A stretch of 64,000 nt of DNA from Acidimicrobiia bacterium (lineage in GTDB: Bacteria; Actinomycetota; Acidimicrobiia; IMCC26256; JAGPDB01): contig JAGPDB010000009.1 of the NCBI GenBank assembly GCA_018057765.1, positions 126 through 64,125 of the forward strand. The letters run 5' to 3'. The notes below the pieces were generated by a model. That model saw nothing but the letters and a program-made list of their open reading frames with translations, searched no databases and had not been told where the DNA came from. The number at the start of each line of letters is the position of its first letter. Position 1 is the first letter of the stretch. This document shows, in pieces, positions 9,451-19,205 of this stretch. The position numbers and the translations under genes are program-made.

Positions 9451-10038
9451 TCAATCGACGACATAATTTGGCTCATGTTGCGTTTGAATTTTCTGATAAC
9501 TTAATATTGTTTCACCTATAATACTTGGATGAAGGCCACTTCTTGACAATGCAGTAAATATTTTATTTGTTTTAGTTGATTTTAATTTGAAGTTTGCACA
9601 AATAAATAGGGCTTTTTGTCTTTGGGTAGTCATAGGGTCGCTATTTAAGTTGTTAATCCACAAACTATGTTCACTTTGTAGGGATATATTGAGCTTTCTT
9701 AGATTGTTCTGCTCGATGTTAGGGATATTCGTAGGAACATAATATTTATCCTGATATTTCGAAATTAACCCGAAATAACATAATCTTTTTAAATTCTTAA
9801 CTATAGGACTAGAGTTTCCTTCTCTATTTCCTACACCTATTGATTTAGATAGATCGTTTACTTCTTGTTCCCATGGCTCTGTTTCGCATAAAGCTCTAGT
9901 CAGTAATGAATTTAGTAATAATGTTGCTGTTGGCCCAAGTATGGGTAACCAGAACGTATTGATATATGGATCGTTTGCTAAGAATGATGATGTTGAATTA
10001 TTTACGGGCTGTATTGGAATGAATATTATTGATGTCAT
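9451..10038 (-). CDS. Hypothetical protein
   Basis: Intact 195-codon ORF that exactly fills the gap between neighbouring genes; no recognised motif. Confidence 0.45.
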   Translation of the reverse strand: MTSIIFIPIQPVNNSTSSFLANDPYINTFWLPILGPTATLLLNSLLTRALCETEPWEQEVNDLSKSIGVGNREGNSSPIVKNLKRLCYFGLISKYQDKYYVPTNIPNIEQNNLRKLNISLQSEHSLWINNLNSDPMTTQRQKALFICANFKLKSTKTNKIFTALSRSGLHPSIIGETILSYQKIQTQHEPNYVVD

Positions 10039-10107
10039 GTTTCCTCCTTGTTATAACATGATAGAACAATACTACACAATAATGCGCATGTTCAAATATT
10101 TTTTAAA

Positions 10108-13100
10108 TTATATCTTCTCGCTAGAAAATTCAAAAATACCCTTAGATATAACATAAGAATCCCAATTATCTGCTGATTTTGCTTTTGAATATAAGTATCC
10201 TTGGGCATATTCGCAACCCAAAGTTTTTAGTTCAGCCAAGTGATGTGGCTGTTCTACACCTTCGGCTATGGCTTTTAGACCTAAAGAATGTGCCAGTGAT
10301 ATAACAGCTGAAACGATGGCTGTATCTTCTGTATCTGTGCCTAAACCTTCGACAAAACTTTGATCAACTTTTAATGCTTCAACTGGAAACTTCTTTAAGT
10401 ACGATAAGGAAGAATAGCCAGTTCCGAAGTCATCTACAGCAAAATGAATACCTATAGTTTTCAATTTATCTAGCATGATAATGGTTGATTCCACGTCAGT
10501 CATAAGTGCAGTTTCAGTTATTTCAAACCAAATTTTATCGGCATCTACACCAGTTCTTTCTATAATACGAAGTACCTCACCATATAGAGATGGCTCAGAT
10601 AATTGTCTTGGGGAGAGATTTATACTCATTGTTAATACTTTGGATTCTTCACTTAAAGAGTGCCATTGCTTTAACTGTTCACATGCTGTTTCAAAAACTC
10701 TCATACCGATTGGGACAATAATTCCAGTTTGTTCTGCAAGTGAAATAAATTCTTTTGGCGAGATATGGCCTTGTGTCGGATGCTCCCAGTAGACAAGTGC
10801 TTCAAAGCCAGATAGCTTTCCAGTTCTAATATCAACCGATGGTTGATAATGGGTATGAAATTCTTGCTTTGCTAATGCTCTAAACATTCCATTACCTGTT
10901 TGTAGATCGGCAACAGCGCGTACATGGGTAGTCTCATCGAATTCTTCGACACGGTTTCTACCACCTTCTTTAGCCCGATACATTGCTAAGTCTGCATCAC
11001 GCAATATAGTTTCAGACGTATCTATTACGCCAGTAGATCTTGCTATACCTATACTTGCAGTCACATATACTTCACCTTCATCTAACATAATCGGCATTTG
11101 GATATTTTCTAGAAGTCGATTTGATATCTCGTTGGTCTGCTCGTCACTAGAAATATCTTCACATAAAATTACGAATTCATCTCCACCAAATCTTGCAGTG
11201 GTATCGTTGGGTCTAACTGAATCTTTTATTCTATCTGCTACTGTCATAAGTAATTGATCACCAGCAGCATGTCCTAATGAGTCATTAATAATTTTAAATC
11301 TATCAAGGTCAATAAAAAGTACCGCAAGACTTAAACCAGTTCTTTTTGATTTTTCTATTGCAAGTGATAAACGATCAACCAGTAATAATCTATTGGGCAT
11401 ACCCGTCAAAGGGTCATGTATTGCTTGGTATTCAAGTCGCTCTGCAATTCGTCTACGCTCTGTTGTGTCCTCTATTTGAATAACATAGTATTGGAAAACT
11501 TTTTCGTCGAAAACTGGCTGGGCTGAAATTAGCCCCCATCTAGCAACACCATCTGGATGTTCAAATCTCATTTCTTCAACAACTTTATTTTCTTTAACAG
11601 AATCTAGTTTTGACCAGAGTTTTATAAATAGTGTTCGATCATCTTTTAAAATATTATCTTTTAACTCTTTTTTAATGATCTCTGAATTATCAATACCAAG
11701 AAATTCCGTCAAAGCATCATTCGTCCAAAAGCATTGACCATTTTTATGTACCAACGCAACGCCAATTGGTGCATTAGAAAGCGCATTTTCATAAAGCGCC
11801 ATAGCCTTTTTGACTTCTAATTCGGAGGTCTTTCTTTCAGAGATATCACGACTGTTACATACAATACCTCCAACTGCAGGATCATTTCTTAAATCGTTTA
11901 TAACGCATTCGAATGTGCATTCGACACCATTTTTTGTTACTACTTTTGTTTCAAATGGTTCTGGTACTATGCCCTTATTCAATTTCTTTAAAACGGAGAT
12001 AGCTTGTAGTTTTGTATTTTTTAAACTTAAGAATTTTAAGAATGGTCTTCCTATTAAGTCCGCTGTACTATAGCCAAGATTATTTTTTAATGAAGGCGAA
12101 GCAAATATTACTAAACCATTACTATCGATTACTAATGTAATATCACTCGATTGTTTTATTAACGCTGAGAATCTAGCTTCACTTTGATATATTTCTCTTT
12201 CTGCATTTAGTGATGCGAGATTCGCTCGTTTTTCGCCGAGTTGCATGATCATTAAGACTAGATAGATCATGATGGCCAAACCAATACCTGAATATAGTGT
12301 TGTTTGACGGCCAATATTCGATGCGCGTTTTTTTATAGAATAATCGTTATAATCTAAGACCATTGTTTTGTTTAATAATCTTATATTTTGTTTTCTCAAA
12401 TCTGTAATTGTTCTTTTACTGTTGATAATTGTTGTTCCAGATATTGTCTCGTCATCACCAATAGTTATTCCAAAATAGTCAAACGTATTTGCTTCATCCT
12501 TTGCACCTTCTAAAAATGAACTTATATCTATTGGTACAAATATTGTTCCTATAAAGTTTGCTCTTCGTTCAGAGACAGTTCTTGAGACAGTTCCAGCCTT
12601 AAATACAGGTATAAGAAGTAAAGCATGTTTTTTGGTATTTGAATTTGTTAATGCTTGAGAGATAAATATATTTGTAATTTGATTCTCACCGCTGTCTCTT
12701 GCTTCATTAAATTCGTCATTGCTATCGACTATTGCACTCAAGGGAATACCAGTGAGAGAATCAACGGTGAACCCCGAACTTTCAGTTATGCTTTTAGGCG
12801 CTATAGTCTCTATAGTCGGATTTCCAATCACATTAGGGACCGCGAAACCCATTTCGTAAATACCTTTATATCTAGTTGTTACCTGGGAATTTTGAACATA
12901 TTGTTCAAGCAATTCTGAACTTGTATCAAAATTCGATCTAAAAATATTGCTTGAGCCACTAGCTAGTGCGGTAATCTTAGCCATGTAATCTGATATTGAT
13001 TTTTCGGCATCCGATTTAGCAAATGCTGATGCCTTATCATTTTGTTCGTTTGCTGTTGCTAACTGTGAAAAGTACACTCCAAATGTGATCGAAAGAATTA

Positions 13101-13200
13101 TTAACAATGCGAAAATAGGCGTGATCCATGACTGTCTGATTTTTCCAAAAAAAGTATATTGAATACTTGACAGTGGCGGACCAGTCGAATTATCTCTCAC
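10108..13200 (-). CDS. Membrane sensor: extracytoplasmic domain, PAS segments, GGDEF and canonical EAL domains
   Basis: Layout is TM, ~270 aa outside, TM, then two PAS-like segments. GGDEF has ARFGGDEFVIL with RPND I-site. The EAL domain has consensus FEALVYW, EITE, DDFGTGYSSLSYL, KVDQSF, AEGVE and QGY. Confidence 0.85.
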   Translation of the reverse strand: MRDNSTGPPLSSIQYTFFGKIRQSWITPIFALLIILSITFGVYFSQLATANEQNDKASAFAKSDAEKSISDYMAKITALASGSSNIFRSNFDTSSELLEQYVQNSQVTTRYKGIYEMGFAVPNVIGNPTIETIAPKSITESSGFTVDSLTGIPLSAIVDSNDEFNEARDSGENQITNIFISQALTNSNTKKHALLLIPVFKAGTVSRTVSERRANFIGTIFVPIDISSFLEGAKDEANTFDYFGITIGDDETISGTTIINSKRTITDLRKQNIRLLNKTMVLDYNDYSIKKRASNIGRQTTLYSGIGLAIMIYLVLMIMQLGEKRANLASLNAEREIYQSEARFSALIKQSSDITLVIDSNGLVIFASPSLKNNLGYSTADLIGRPFLKFLSLKNTKLQAISVLKKLNKGIVPEPFETKVVTKNGVECTFECVINDLRNDPAVGGIVCNSRDISERKTSELEVKKAMALYENALSNAPIGVALVHKNGQCFWTNDALTEFLGIDNSEIIKKELKDNILKDDRTLFIKLWSKLDSVKENKVVEEMRFEHPDGVARWGLISAQPVFDEKVFQYYVIQIEDTTERRRIAERLEYQAIHDPLTGMPNRLLLVDRLSLAIEKSKRTGLSLAVLFIDLDRFKIINDSLGHAAGDQLLMTVADRIKDSVRPNDTTARFGGDEFVILCEDISSDEQTNEISNRLLENIQMPIMLDEGEVYVTASIGIARSTGVIDTSETILRDADLAMYRAKEGGRNRVEEFDETTHVRAVADLQTGNGMFRALAKQEFHTHYQPSVDIRTGKLSGFEALVYWEHPTQGHISPKEFISLAEQTGIIVPIGMRVFETACEQLKQWHSLSEESKVLTMSINLSPRQLSEPSLYGEVLRIIERTGVDADKIWFEITETALMTDVESTIIMLDKLKTIGIHFAVDDFGTGYSSLSYLKKFPVEALKVDQSFVEGLGTDTEDTAIVSAVISLAHSLGLKAIAEGVEQPHHLAELKTLGCEYAQGYLYSKAKSADNWDSYVISKGIFEFSSEKI

Positions 13201-13326
13201 ATTATATTATCGGCATTTAAACTAACTCCTTGATAGATTCAATGTTTTTGAGCAAGAGTGATATTTGAAATATTACAATAATTTCGCAATATGAAAATCT
13301 ATTCGCTTTATACGCATAATCTATAA

Positions 13327-13578
13327 CTAGCTTGCTTTTGCGTAATCACTTTCAAATACTAAGTCGAAATTATTAGGCATACTTGCCAATATTTGTTTAA
13401 TCATTGCAATACCAGCTAACCCTTGATTTCTTTCGGACTCACTTAATTTCCATGGCTTTTCAACACTTGCTAGTTTTGTTTTTCGCCTAGAATTAGGCTT
13501 CTTAGTTGTTGACTTGACTTTGGTGTCTGCATCTCTTTTAATGCTATTTTGCTCTAGGAGTTGTAATTGCTTATTCAT
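13327..13578 (-). CDS. Small basic hypothetical protein
   Basis: 83-codon ORF with a Lys/Arg-rich centre and no motif; coding status uncertain. Confidence 0.3.
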   Translation of the reverse strand: MNKQLQLLEQNSIKRDADTKVKSTTKKPNSRRKTKLASVEKPWKLSESERNQGLAGIAMIKQILASMPNNFDLVFESDYAKAS

Positions 13579-13667
13579 AGTTCTATTAAACCATGAGGGT
13601 GTGACAATTATTGTGTGAATGACACATTAATGCAGAAAATTCACTTTTTGTGTATTAATCTGGGGAA

Positions 13668-15611
13668 ATGAAAAATCTATCTAAATCCTTATTTATCACA
13701 CTAATTTCAATATCCTTAATTTTAGGTGCATGTACACCAAGTAGCTCGGTAAAAAAATCTGATCAAACCCCGACGAAAACTGTTGGCGGAACAGTGACAT
13801 TAGAACCATTATTTTATACAGATGGAGCAGATGGCCCAAGTGGTGGATCTAGCGAAATGGCAATTGAATTGCGCGAGACAAAATCAAAAAACATAACTGT
13901 TGCAATATCAAATGATGAAGTAAAAGGATCAGGAGATCAATGGATAGCTTCTGCATGGAACGCAATGACAGTATCAACTCTAATAACAGGTGCATCGCTA
14001 GACAAAAGACAATTTCAAGTTAGTACAACAGGGTTCATTGATGGACCAAGTGCTGGAGCATTAATGACGGTTGGTGCAATCTCATTGATTAGGGGAGATA
14101 AAATTGATAGCGATGTAACAATGACAGGAACAATTAATCCTGATGGAACAGTTGGGCCAGTTGGAGGTATTGAATACAAACTATCTGGTGCGAAAAAATC
14201 CGGAAAATCAAAAGTACTAATTCCTTCAGGGCAATTAAAAGAAGCAGATGAAAACGGCGATATTGTTAATTTAAAAAAATTAGGGTCTGATATGGGACTA
14301 GAAGTTATTGAAGTAACCAATATATATGAAGCATATAAAGAGTTCACTGGAAAAATATTGCCAAAATTTAAAGGTTTATCAAAAATAAAATTAAATAAGC
14401 CTCAGAGTAATCATTTGAAAGAAGTTGTAAATAAGTATGATGACAAAATTACAAAACTCCAAACAAGTTTTAGTATTCCAGCAAATGAACAGATATTATC
14501 TACAAATGGTTTCGACAATATTTTAGCCAGTATTCAAACTAGTAAAGATAAAGCTCAAGATTATATTAAAGAAAATAAATATGCTTCTGCGTTATCATAC
14601 ATCAGGGATTCTTATGGACAAGCATCAACTGTTGATTGGGGTTTAAAAGTCATTAATGCATTAAATGAAGGCGGAAATTCTGTTGGACTAAAAGTTGTCG
14701 ATGATCTAGATGCACTTGTTAATTCAAAATTCGATGATTTTAATGATCAGTTATCAAACATTAGTGTTAAAACATTAAATGATGCTGAACTATTAATAGA
14801 TTCTTATTCCATTTTAACAGTTGTTAAATCGTTCGAATATTCTGGAAATTCAACTCTCTCAAAAGTGCTCGACTCAAATGATGATCCAATTGTTACTCAA
14901 AATGAATATGGATATGCTCTAGGAAACGCTGCAGCTAATTTTGCTATAGGAATTGCAGGATTAGAAATCCAAAAAGATGTAATAAAAGGTATTGATGAAA
15001 GTAATGATTTAAATATTGATAAGAAACTTAATGTTGCATCAGTTGCAAAGTTTTTTAAACAAGGTGCTGATTCGAATTTAGAAGCATTTAAAACAATAAT
15101 CATACAAGAAATTATGGATTCTGCAAAGGTTGATGAAGACGGTGCTTTTGATATCCTTGCCAAAGTTGATCCAAGTGTAGAAATTATTTTTAATTCTCAT
15201 GAGGTTGAACAAAATGCTGCTGAAGTTTTTGGTAATGGCGATAATCTTGCATATGCACAATTGGGTTCAGCGGTAGAACTCTTTGCGCGTTCAAGTGAGT
15301 TAATGGCTAAATATTATTCGCTAGGTGCTCCTGATTTAGTGGATGGCGAAATACAAATTAATCAATTTCGTTCAATTAAGGCATATCAAAAAACTGCACA
15401 GCTCGCGAAAGAACAACTAGCCGGTGTTTATACCGTTCTTTCTCGACTTGGTTATAACTCCTATACAATAGTTGACGAAAATGAGCTAGGTAACATAGAA
15501 AATACCGATGATCCTGGAAGTGCTATTCGTGGATTGCGCCATTATTGGAAAGGTTATGTTTTAGGTCGGGTATATTCTTATCTCGGTGGTTTCCCTACGA
15601 AAGGCCTGTAA
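13668..15611 (+). CDS. Secreted lipoprotein with Lon-type (S16) protease domain and ~400-aa unrecognised C-terminal region
   Basis: Lipobox LILGAC. S16 catalytic Ser motif DGPSAGALMTV and Lys motif GGIEYKLSGAKKSGKSKVLIP. No AAA+ or PDZ motif seen. Confidence 0.7.
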   Translation: MKNLSKSLFITLISISLILGACTPSSSVKKSDQTPTKTVGGTVTLEPLFYTDGADGPSGGSSEMAIELRETKSKNITVAISNDEVKGSGDQWIASAWNAMTVSTLITGASLDKRQFQVSTTGFIDGPSAGALMTVGAISLIRGDKIDSDVTMTGTINPDGTVGPVGGIEYKLSGAKKSGKSKVLIPSGQLKEADENGDIVNLKKLGSDMGLEVIEVTNIYEAYKEFTGKILPKFKGLSKIKLNKPQSNHLKEVVNKYDDKITKLQTSFSIPANEQILSTNGFDNILASIQTSKDKAQDYIKENKYASALSYIRDSYGQASTVDWGLKVINALNEGGNSVGLKVVDDLDALVNSKFDDFNDQLSNISVKTLNDAELLIDSYSILTVVKSFEYSGNSTLSKVLDSNDDPIVTQNEYGYALGNAAANFAIGIAGLEIQKDVIKGIDESNDLNIDKKLNVASVAKFFKQGADSNLEAFKTIIIQEIMDSAKVDEDGAFDILAKVDPSVEIIFNSHEVEQNAAEVFGNGDNLAYAQLGSAVELFARSSELMAKYYSLGAPDLVDGEIQINQFRSIKAYQKTAQLAKEQLAGVYTVLSRLGYNSYTIVDENELGNIENTDDPGSAIRGLRHYWKGYVLGRVYSYLGGFPTKGL

Positions 15612-15639
15612 GACAAAAAATTACAAGAAGAATACAAGA

Positions 15640-15712
15640 TTACAAGGTCCGTCCTTGCAAATGCAGGGTCCGTCCTTGCAAGTGCAGGGTCCGTCCTTGC
15701 ATTCTTGCAAGG
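15640..15712 (+). repeat. Tandem hairpin repeat array (3 units, 21-bp period) ending in a terminator-like stem-loop
   Basis: GGTCCGTCCTTGCA occurs at 15646, 15667 and 15688. Each unit can fold as TGCA(A/G)GG-TCCGT-CCTTGCA. The array is followed by the perfect hairpin CCTTGCA-TTCT-TGCAAGG (15695-15712) plus CTTT. It starts 29 nt after the stop of the upstream gene. The first 22 nt are identical to 31185-31206. Confidence 0.8.
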
Positions 15713-15803
15713 CTTTAACGATGTAATACCGAGATAAACCGAAGGATATAGCATCTAAAAAGGCAATTAGTTTCATTTGATTTAATAAAACTAGAATAGA
15801 GTA

Positions 15804-16958
15804 GTGATATATTTAGATGCTGCTACAACTTTAGAACCCAATAAGGATCTTATCGCGCAAGCAAAAACATATTTAGACCATTCTTGGGGCAATGTATCTG
15901 GATCTCACAGTATTTCACGCATGGCTAAATCTGGGCTAGAAGTCGCTCGCGAGAATGTTGCGAAAACTTGTGGTGTTTCTCCAGATAATATAGTTTTTAC
16001 TTCAGGTGCAAGCGATGCATTAAATATAGTTATACAAGGTTTTGATCGCAAACATAAAGATGCAAAAATATTTTGTTCAATGACGGAACATGATGCTGTT
16101 AAAAAGACTTGTGATTTTGTTAATGAAGAAAAAGAAAATGTTATATATTTGAAAGTCGACAGTCAAGGACAAATCAATATTGATGATTTAGATCAAGTCG
16201 ATAAAGGCGACCTCGTATGTTTGATGGCCACCAATAATGAAACTGGCGTTGCTCAAGATATTGAATCTGCATCGAAGATTATTCACGAAAAAGAAGCCTT
16301 CCTTTTAATAGATGCCGTTCAATCCTATTATTCTTTTAACGCCTCCCAGATCTGTGAATATGGCGATTATGCTGTTTTTAGTGGACACAAACTTGGTGGT
16401 TTACAAGGTATTGGCCTATTAGTAATTAAAGATCGTAAATCTATCTCCTCTTTAATGTTTGGTGGCTCACAAGAATGGGAATTACGTCCAGGCACAACGC
16501 CATCTTTTTTATGTGATTCATTTTCTAAAACATTTGTTAGTAAATATGCTCAAGTAAACAGAGAGTATGAGATATCGATTGTAAATAAGCTAAATGAAAT
16601 ACTCACAAAATTGCTTTCATTGTCAATAGAGAATATTGAATTTAATTCATGTTGCGCAAAAAAATCACCACATATAAATTCTGTTCGTTTTTCAGATATC
16701 GAAGCACAAATGTTGGTTACCATGCTTGATGATAAAGGAATTTGTGTTTCTAAAGGTTCAGCATGTGCATCAGGTGCATCAACTCCTTCTAGGGTTTTAA
16801 CATCAATGGGTATGGATCAGAAAGATGCACTGTCGACTATTCGTATATCCTTATCATCGAAAAATACAGAAGAAGAACTTGTTGAAGCTGTGAATATTAT
16901 TAGTGAATGTATAAAAACATTAAGATCATTTTCAAAAAAGGATTCGGTAAGTATTTAA
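15804..16958 (+). CDS. iscS: Cysteine desulfurase (class V aminotransferase, IscS/NifS-like)
   Basis: PLP-lysine motif FSGHKLGG and active-site Cys loop SKGSACASG. It lies immediately upstream of mnmA (stop and start 1 nt apart). GTG start. Confidence 0.85.
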   Translation: MIYLDAATTLEPNKDLIAQAKTYLDHSWGNVSGSHSISRMAKSGLEVARENVAKTCGVSPDNIVFTSGASDALNIVIQGFDRKHKDAKIFCSMTEHDAVKKTCDFVNEEKENVIYLKVDSQGQINIDDLDQVDKGDLVCLMATNNETGVAQDIESASKIIHEKEAFLLIDAVQSYYSFNASQICEYGDYAVFSGHKLGGLQGIGLLVIKDRKSISSLMFGGSQEWELRPGTTPSFLCDSFSKTFVSKYAQVNREYEISIVNKLNEILTKLLSLSIENIEFNSCCAKKSPHINSVRFSDIEAQMLVTMLDDKGICVSKGSACASGASTPSRVLTSMGMDQKDALSTIRISLSSKNTEEELVEAVNIISECIKTLRSFSKKDSVSI

Positions 16959-16959
16959 T

Positions 16960-18012
16960 ATGAAAAATAAGAAAAAAGTATTAGTGGCTATGAGCGGTGG
17001 AGTCGATTCAACTGTTGCAGCATTAATTTTAAAACAACAAGGCTATGAATTAGCAGGAGTGACTTTGAAACTTTGGGGTGGTGAAACTGATTCAGGATGT
17101 TGTTCTCTAGCTGACGTTGAAGATGCTCGTCGCGTTGCTGCGCAACTTGATATTCCTCATTATATATTTAATCTAGGAGAAGAATTTAATGAGCATGTAG
17201 TTGACCCGTATCTAACTGCTCACGAAAAAATGTTAACACCGAATCCATGTATTGAATGTAATCGTCATATTAAATTTGCAGGTCTTCATGACCGTGCTAT
17301 GGCTATGGGCTATGATTTTGTTGCTACTGGTCATCATGCTCGTGTTGAATTTGATAGCGCGGAAAATGTTTATAAATTATTGCGCGGAATCGATGAAGCA
17401 AAAGATCAAAGTTATGTTTTGTCAATGGTTGCGCAAGATGTTCTCGCACACACACTTTTTCCCGTGGGTGAGATGACGAAAACACGAGTGCGTGAGCTGG
17501 CTCATGAATTCGGAATGCGCACAGCATCTAAAGCAGAGTCGATGGACGTTTGTTTTATCCAGAAAAAGGGGAGAGAAGATTTCTTGCGAAATCGTATAAC
17601 TTTACATGAAGGTGAAATCGTAGATATCGCAGGTAATGTTGTTGGTCATCATGATGGTGCGGAACTATTTACACTGGGTCAACGTCGTGGTACTGGTAAT
17701 GCTGTTGGCGAGTTAGTTGGAGAGAGGCAATATATCCTCAATCGTGATTTTGATACTAAACAAATAACAGTTGGCGATAGAGAACATTTGTTCACAAGTT
17801 CTCACGAGCTGCGTCAAGTTTCATTAACTCGTAAAATTGAATTTCCGATAAATGTTACTGTTCAACCGCGTGCTCACGGTAAAAGTTTCGAAGCTATTTG
17901 GCTAGAACCTAATCAACTAGAATTCATTGAACCTGTAATGCGTATATCACCTGGTCAAACTGCTGCATGTTATCTCGATGATGAATGTATTGGTTCAGGA
18001 ATTATTGTTTAG
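16960..18012 (+). CDS. mnmA: tRNA-specific 2-thiouridylase
   Basis: PP-loop VAMSGGVDSTVAA and catalytic Cys contexts NPCIECN and MDVCFI; typical length. Confidence 0.92.
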   Translation: MKNKKKVLVAMSGGVDSTVAALILKQQGYELAGVTLKLWGGETDSGCCSLADVEDARRVAAQLDIPHYIFNLGEEFNEHVVDPYLTAHEKMLTPNPCIECNRHIKFAGLHDRAMAMGYDFVATGHHARVEFDSAENVYKLLRGIDEAKDQSYVLSMVAQDVLAHTLFPVGEMTKTRVRELAHEFGMRTASKAESMDVCFIQKKGREDFLRNRITLHEGEIVDIAGNVVGHHDGAELFTLGQRRGTGNAVGELVGERQYILNRDFDTKQITVGDREHLFTSSHELRQVSLTRKIEFPINVTVQPRAHGKSFEAIWLEPNQLEFIEPVMRISPGQTAACYLDDECIGSGIIV

Positions 18013-18028
18013 CTGTTAAAATATACTG

Positions 18029-19099
18029 ATGTCAAATATGAACGAGAACCAAACAAAAATTCCAGTAGTTAATATTTTATATGCGGGTGGCACAATTTCA
18101 TCATTGATGCATCCAGATGGTTATCGTGAAGGTGGCCATATGCTTGATCTACTCGAAATGTTAGTTGAAAAATATCCAGACGTTAAAGAACAACAAATTA
18201 TTGGCTTAACTCAAATTGCTTATACAGGTATGAGCGAAAACATTACGGAAAATGATCTACAAGATATTTTGACAACAATCAATCAGTCGATGCTTAATGA
18301 CCCTGATGGAATTGTAATTACCCATGGTACAGATGCAATGGAACAGACAGCTCGTGCAATCCAAAAAGAATATGCAAACGTATTGTTGAAGAATAAATGT
18401 GTAATTATTTTAACTGGATCAAATGATATAACTACTGATAACAATACTGACGCATGGGATAATTTTAATTTTGCTATAAGTAGAGCGGGCGCGGGTATGA
18501 AGCCCGGTGTTTATATTGCATTTCATGATCAGATTGTTCCAGCCAATGAAATTGTCAAAGAACCTTTCAACGGTATGGATATGGAATATGCTTCAGAAGT
18601 TTCTCCTGAATATTTAGCAAAAATTGAAAAATTGAATATTAAAAGAAAAGAACTAATAGATAAACTTACAGAATATTATTCTCCAATATTACAACGTAGC
18701 GATATCATTGACTACCCTGTAAACGTAATTCGAGCTAACCACAGTAAGCTTATTGAAGATATTGCTTTAGTAAAACCGACTGCGGTGTTAATGACTACTT
18801 ATCATACGACGTGTGTAAATGGAAATTCATCACACGCTGCAATTCCTGATTTAGTTGAAAAGCTAAATGAACTTGGAATCTTAGTATTTGGTGTAACTGA
18901 AAATGGAGAATCTATAGATTTTACACAATACGATTCAACAGTAAAATTAGGCAAAGCTGGTATGATTTCTCTCGAATCAATGGACCATGATGTTGCACTA
19001 GCAAAATTACAAATGCTTGATACAAAATTAACAAAAAAAGAAATTATTGCCGAAATGATTACAGATCGTTGTGGCGAACTTGCAGGAATAACCATTTAG
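18029..19099 (+). CDS. L-asparaginase/glutaminase family protein
   Basis: Asparaginase signatures YAGGTISS (TGGTI-type) and THGTDAMEQTA (HGTDT-type). Confidence 0.7.
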   Translation: MSNMNENQTKIPVVNILYAGGTISSLMHPDGYREGGHMLDLLEMLVEKYPDVKEQQIIGLTQIAYTGMSENITENDLQDILTTINQSMLNDPDGIVITHGTDAMEQTARAIQKEYANVLLKNKCVIILTGSNDITTDNNTDAWDNFNFAISRAGAGMKPGVYIAFHDQIVPANEIVKEPFNGMDMEYASEVSPEYLAKIEKLNIKRKELIDKLTEYYSPILQRSDIIDYPVNVIRANHSKLIEDIALVKPTAVLMTTYHTTCVNGNSSHAAIPDLVEKLNELGILVFGVTENGESIDFTQYDSTVKLGKAGMISLESMDHDVALAKLQMLDTKLTKKEIIAEMITDRCGELAGITI

Positions 19100-19123
19100 G
19101 CGTATCTAGGTGTCTGGCGTCTT

Positions 19124-19139
19124 AAACGATATATCGTTT
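19124..19139. terminator. Possible bidirectional terminator palindrome between convergent genes
   Basis: Perfect 16-bp palindrome AAACGATATATCGTTT followed by T, between the stops at 19099 (+) and 19206 (-). The stem is short and AT-rich, so this is tentative. Confidence 0.25.
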
Positions 19140-19205
19140 TATAGCTCAGATATTTGCTTGTATAACATTCATTTTTATCTATACTGCTAAATGAATTAAA
19201 CTTTA

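Noticed and set aside
15640-15712. Possible CRISPR array
   Set aside because: There are only three units at a 21-bp period, with essentially no unique spacers, and no cas genes in the window. It is better described as a tandem hairpin repeat.
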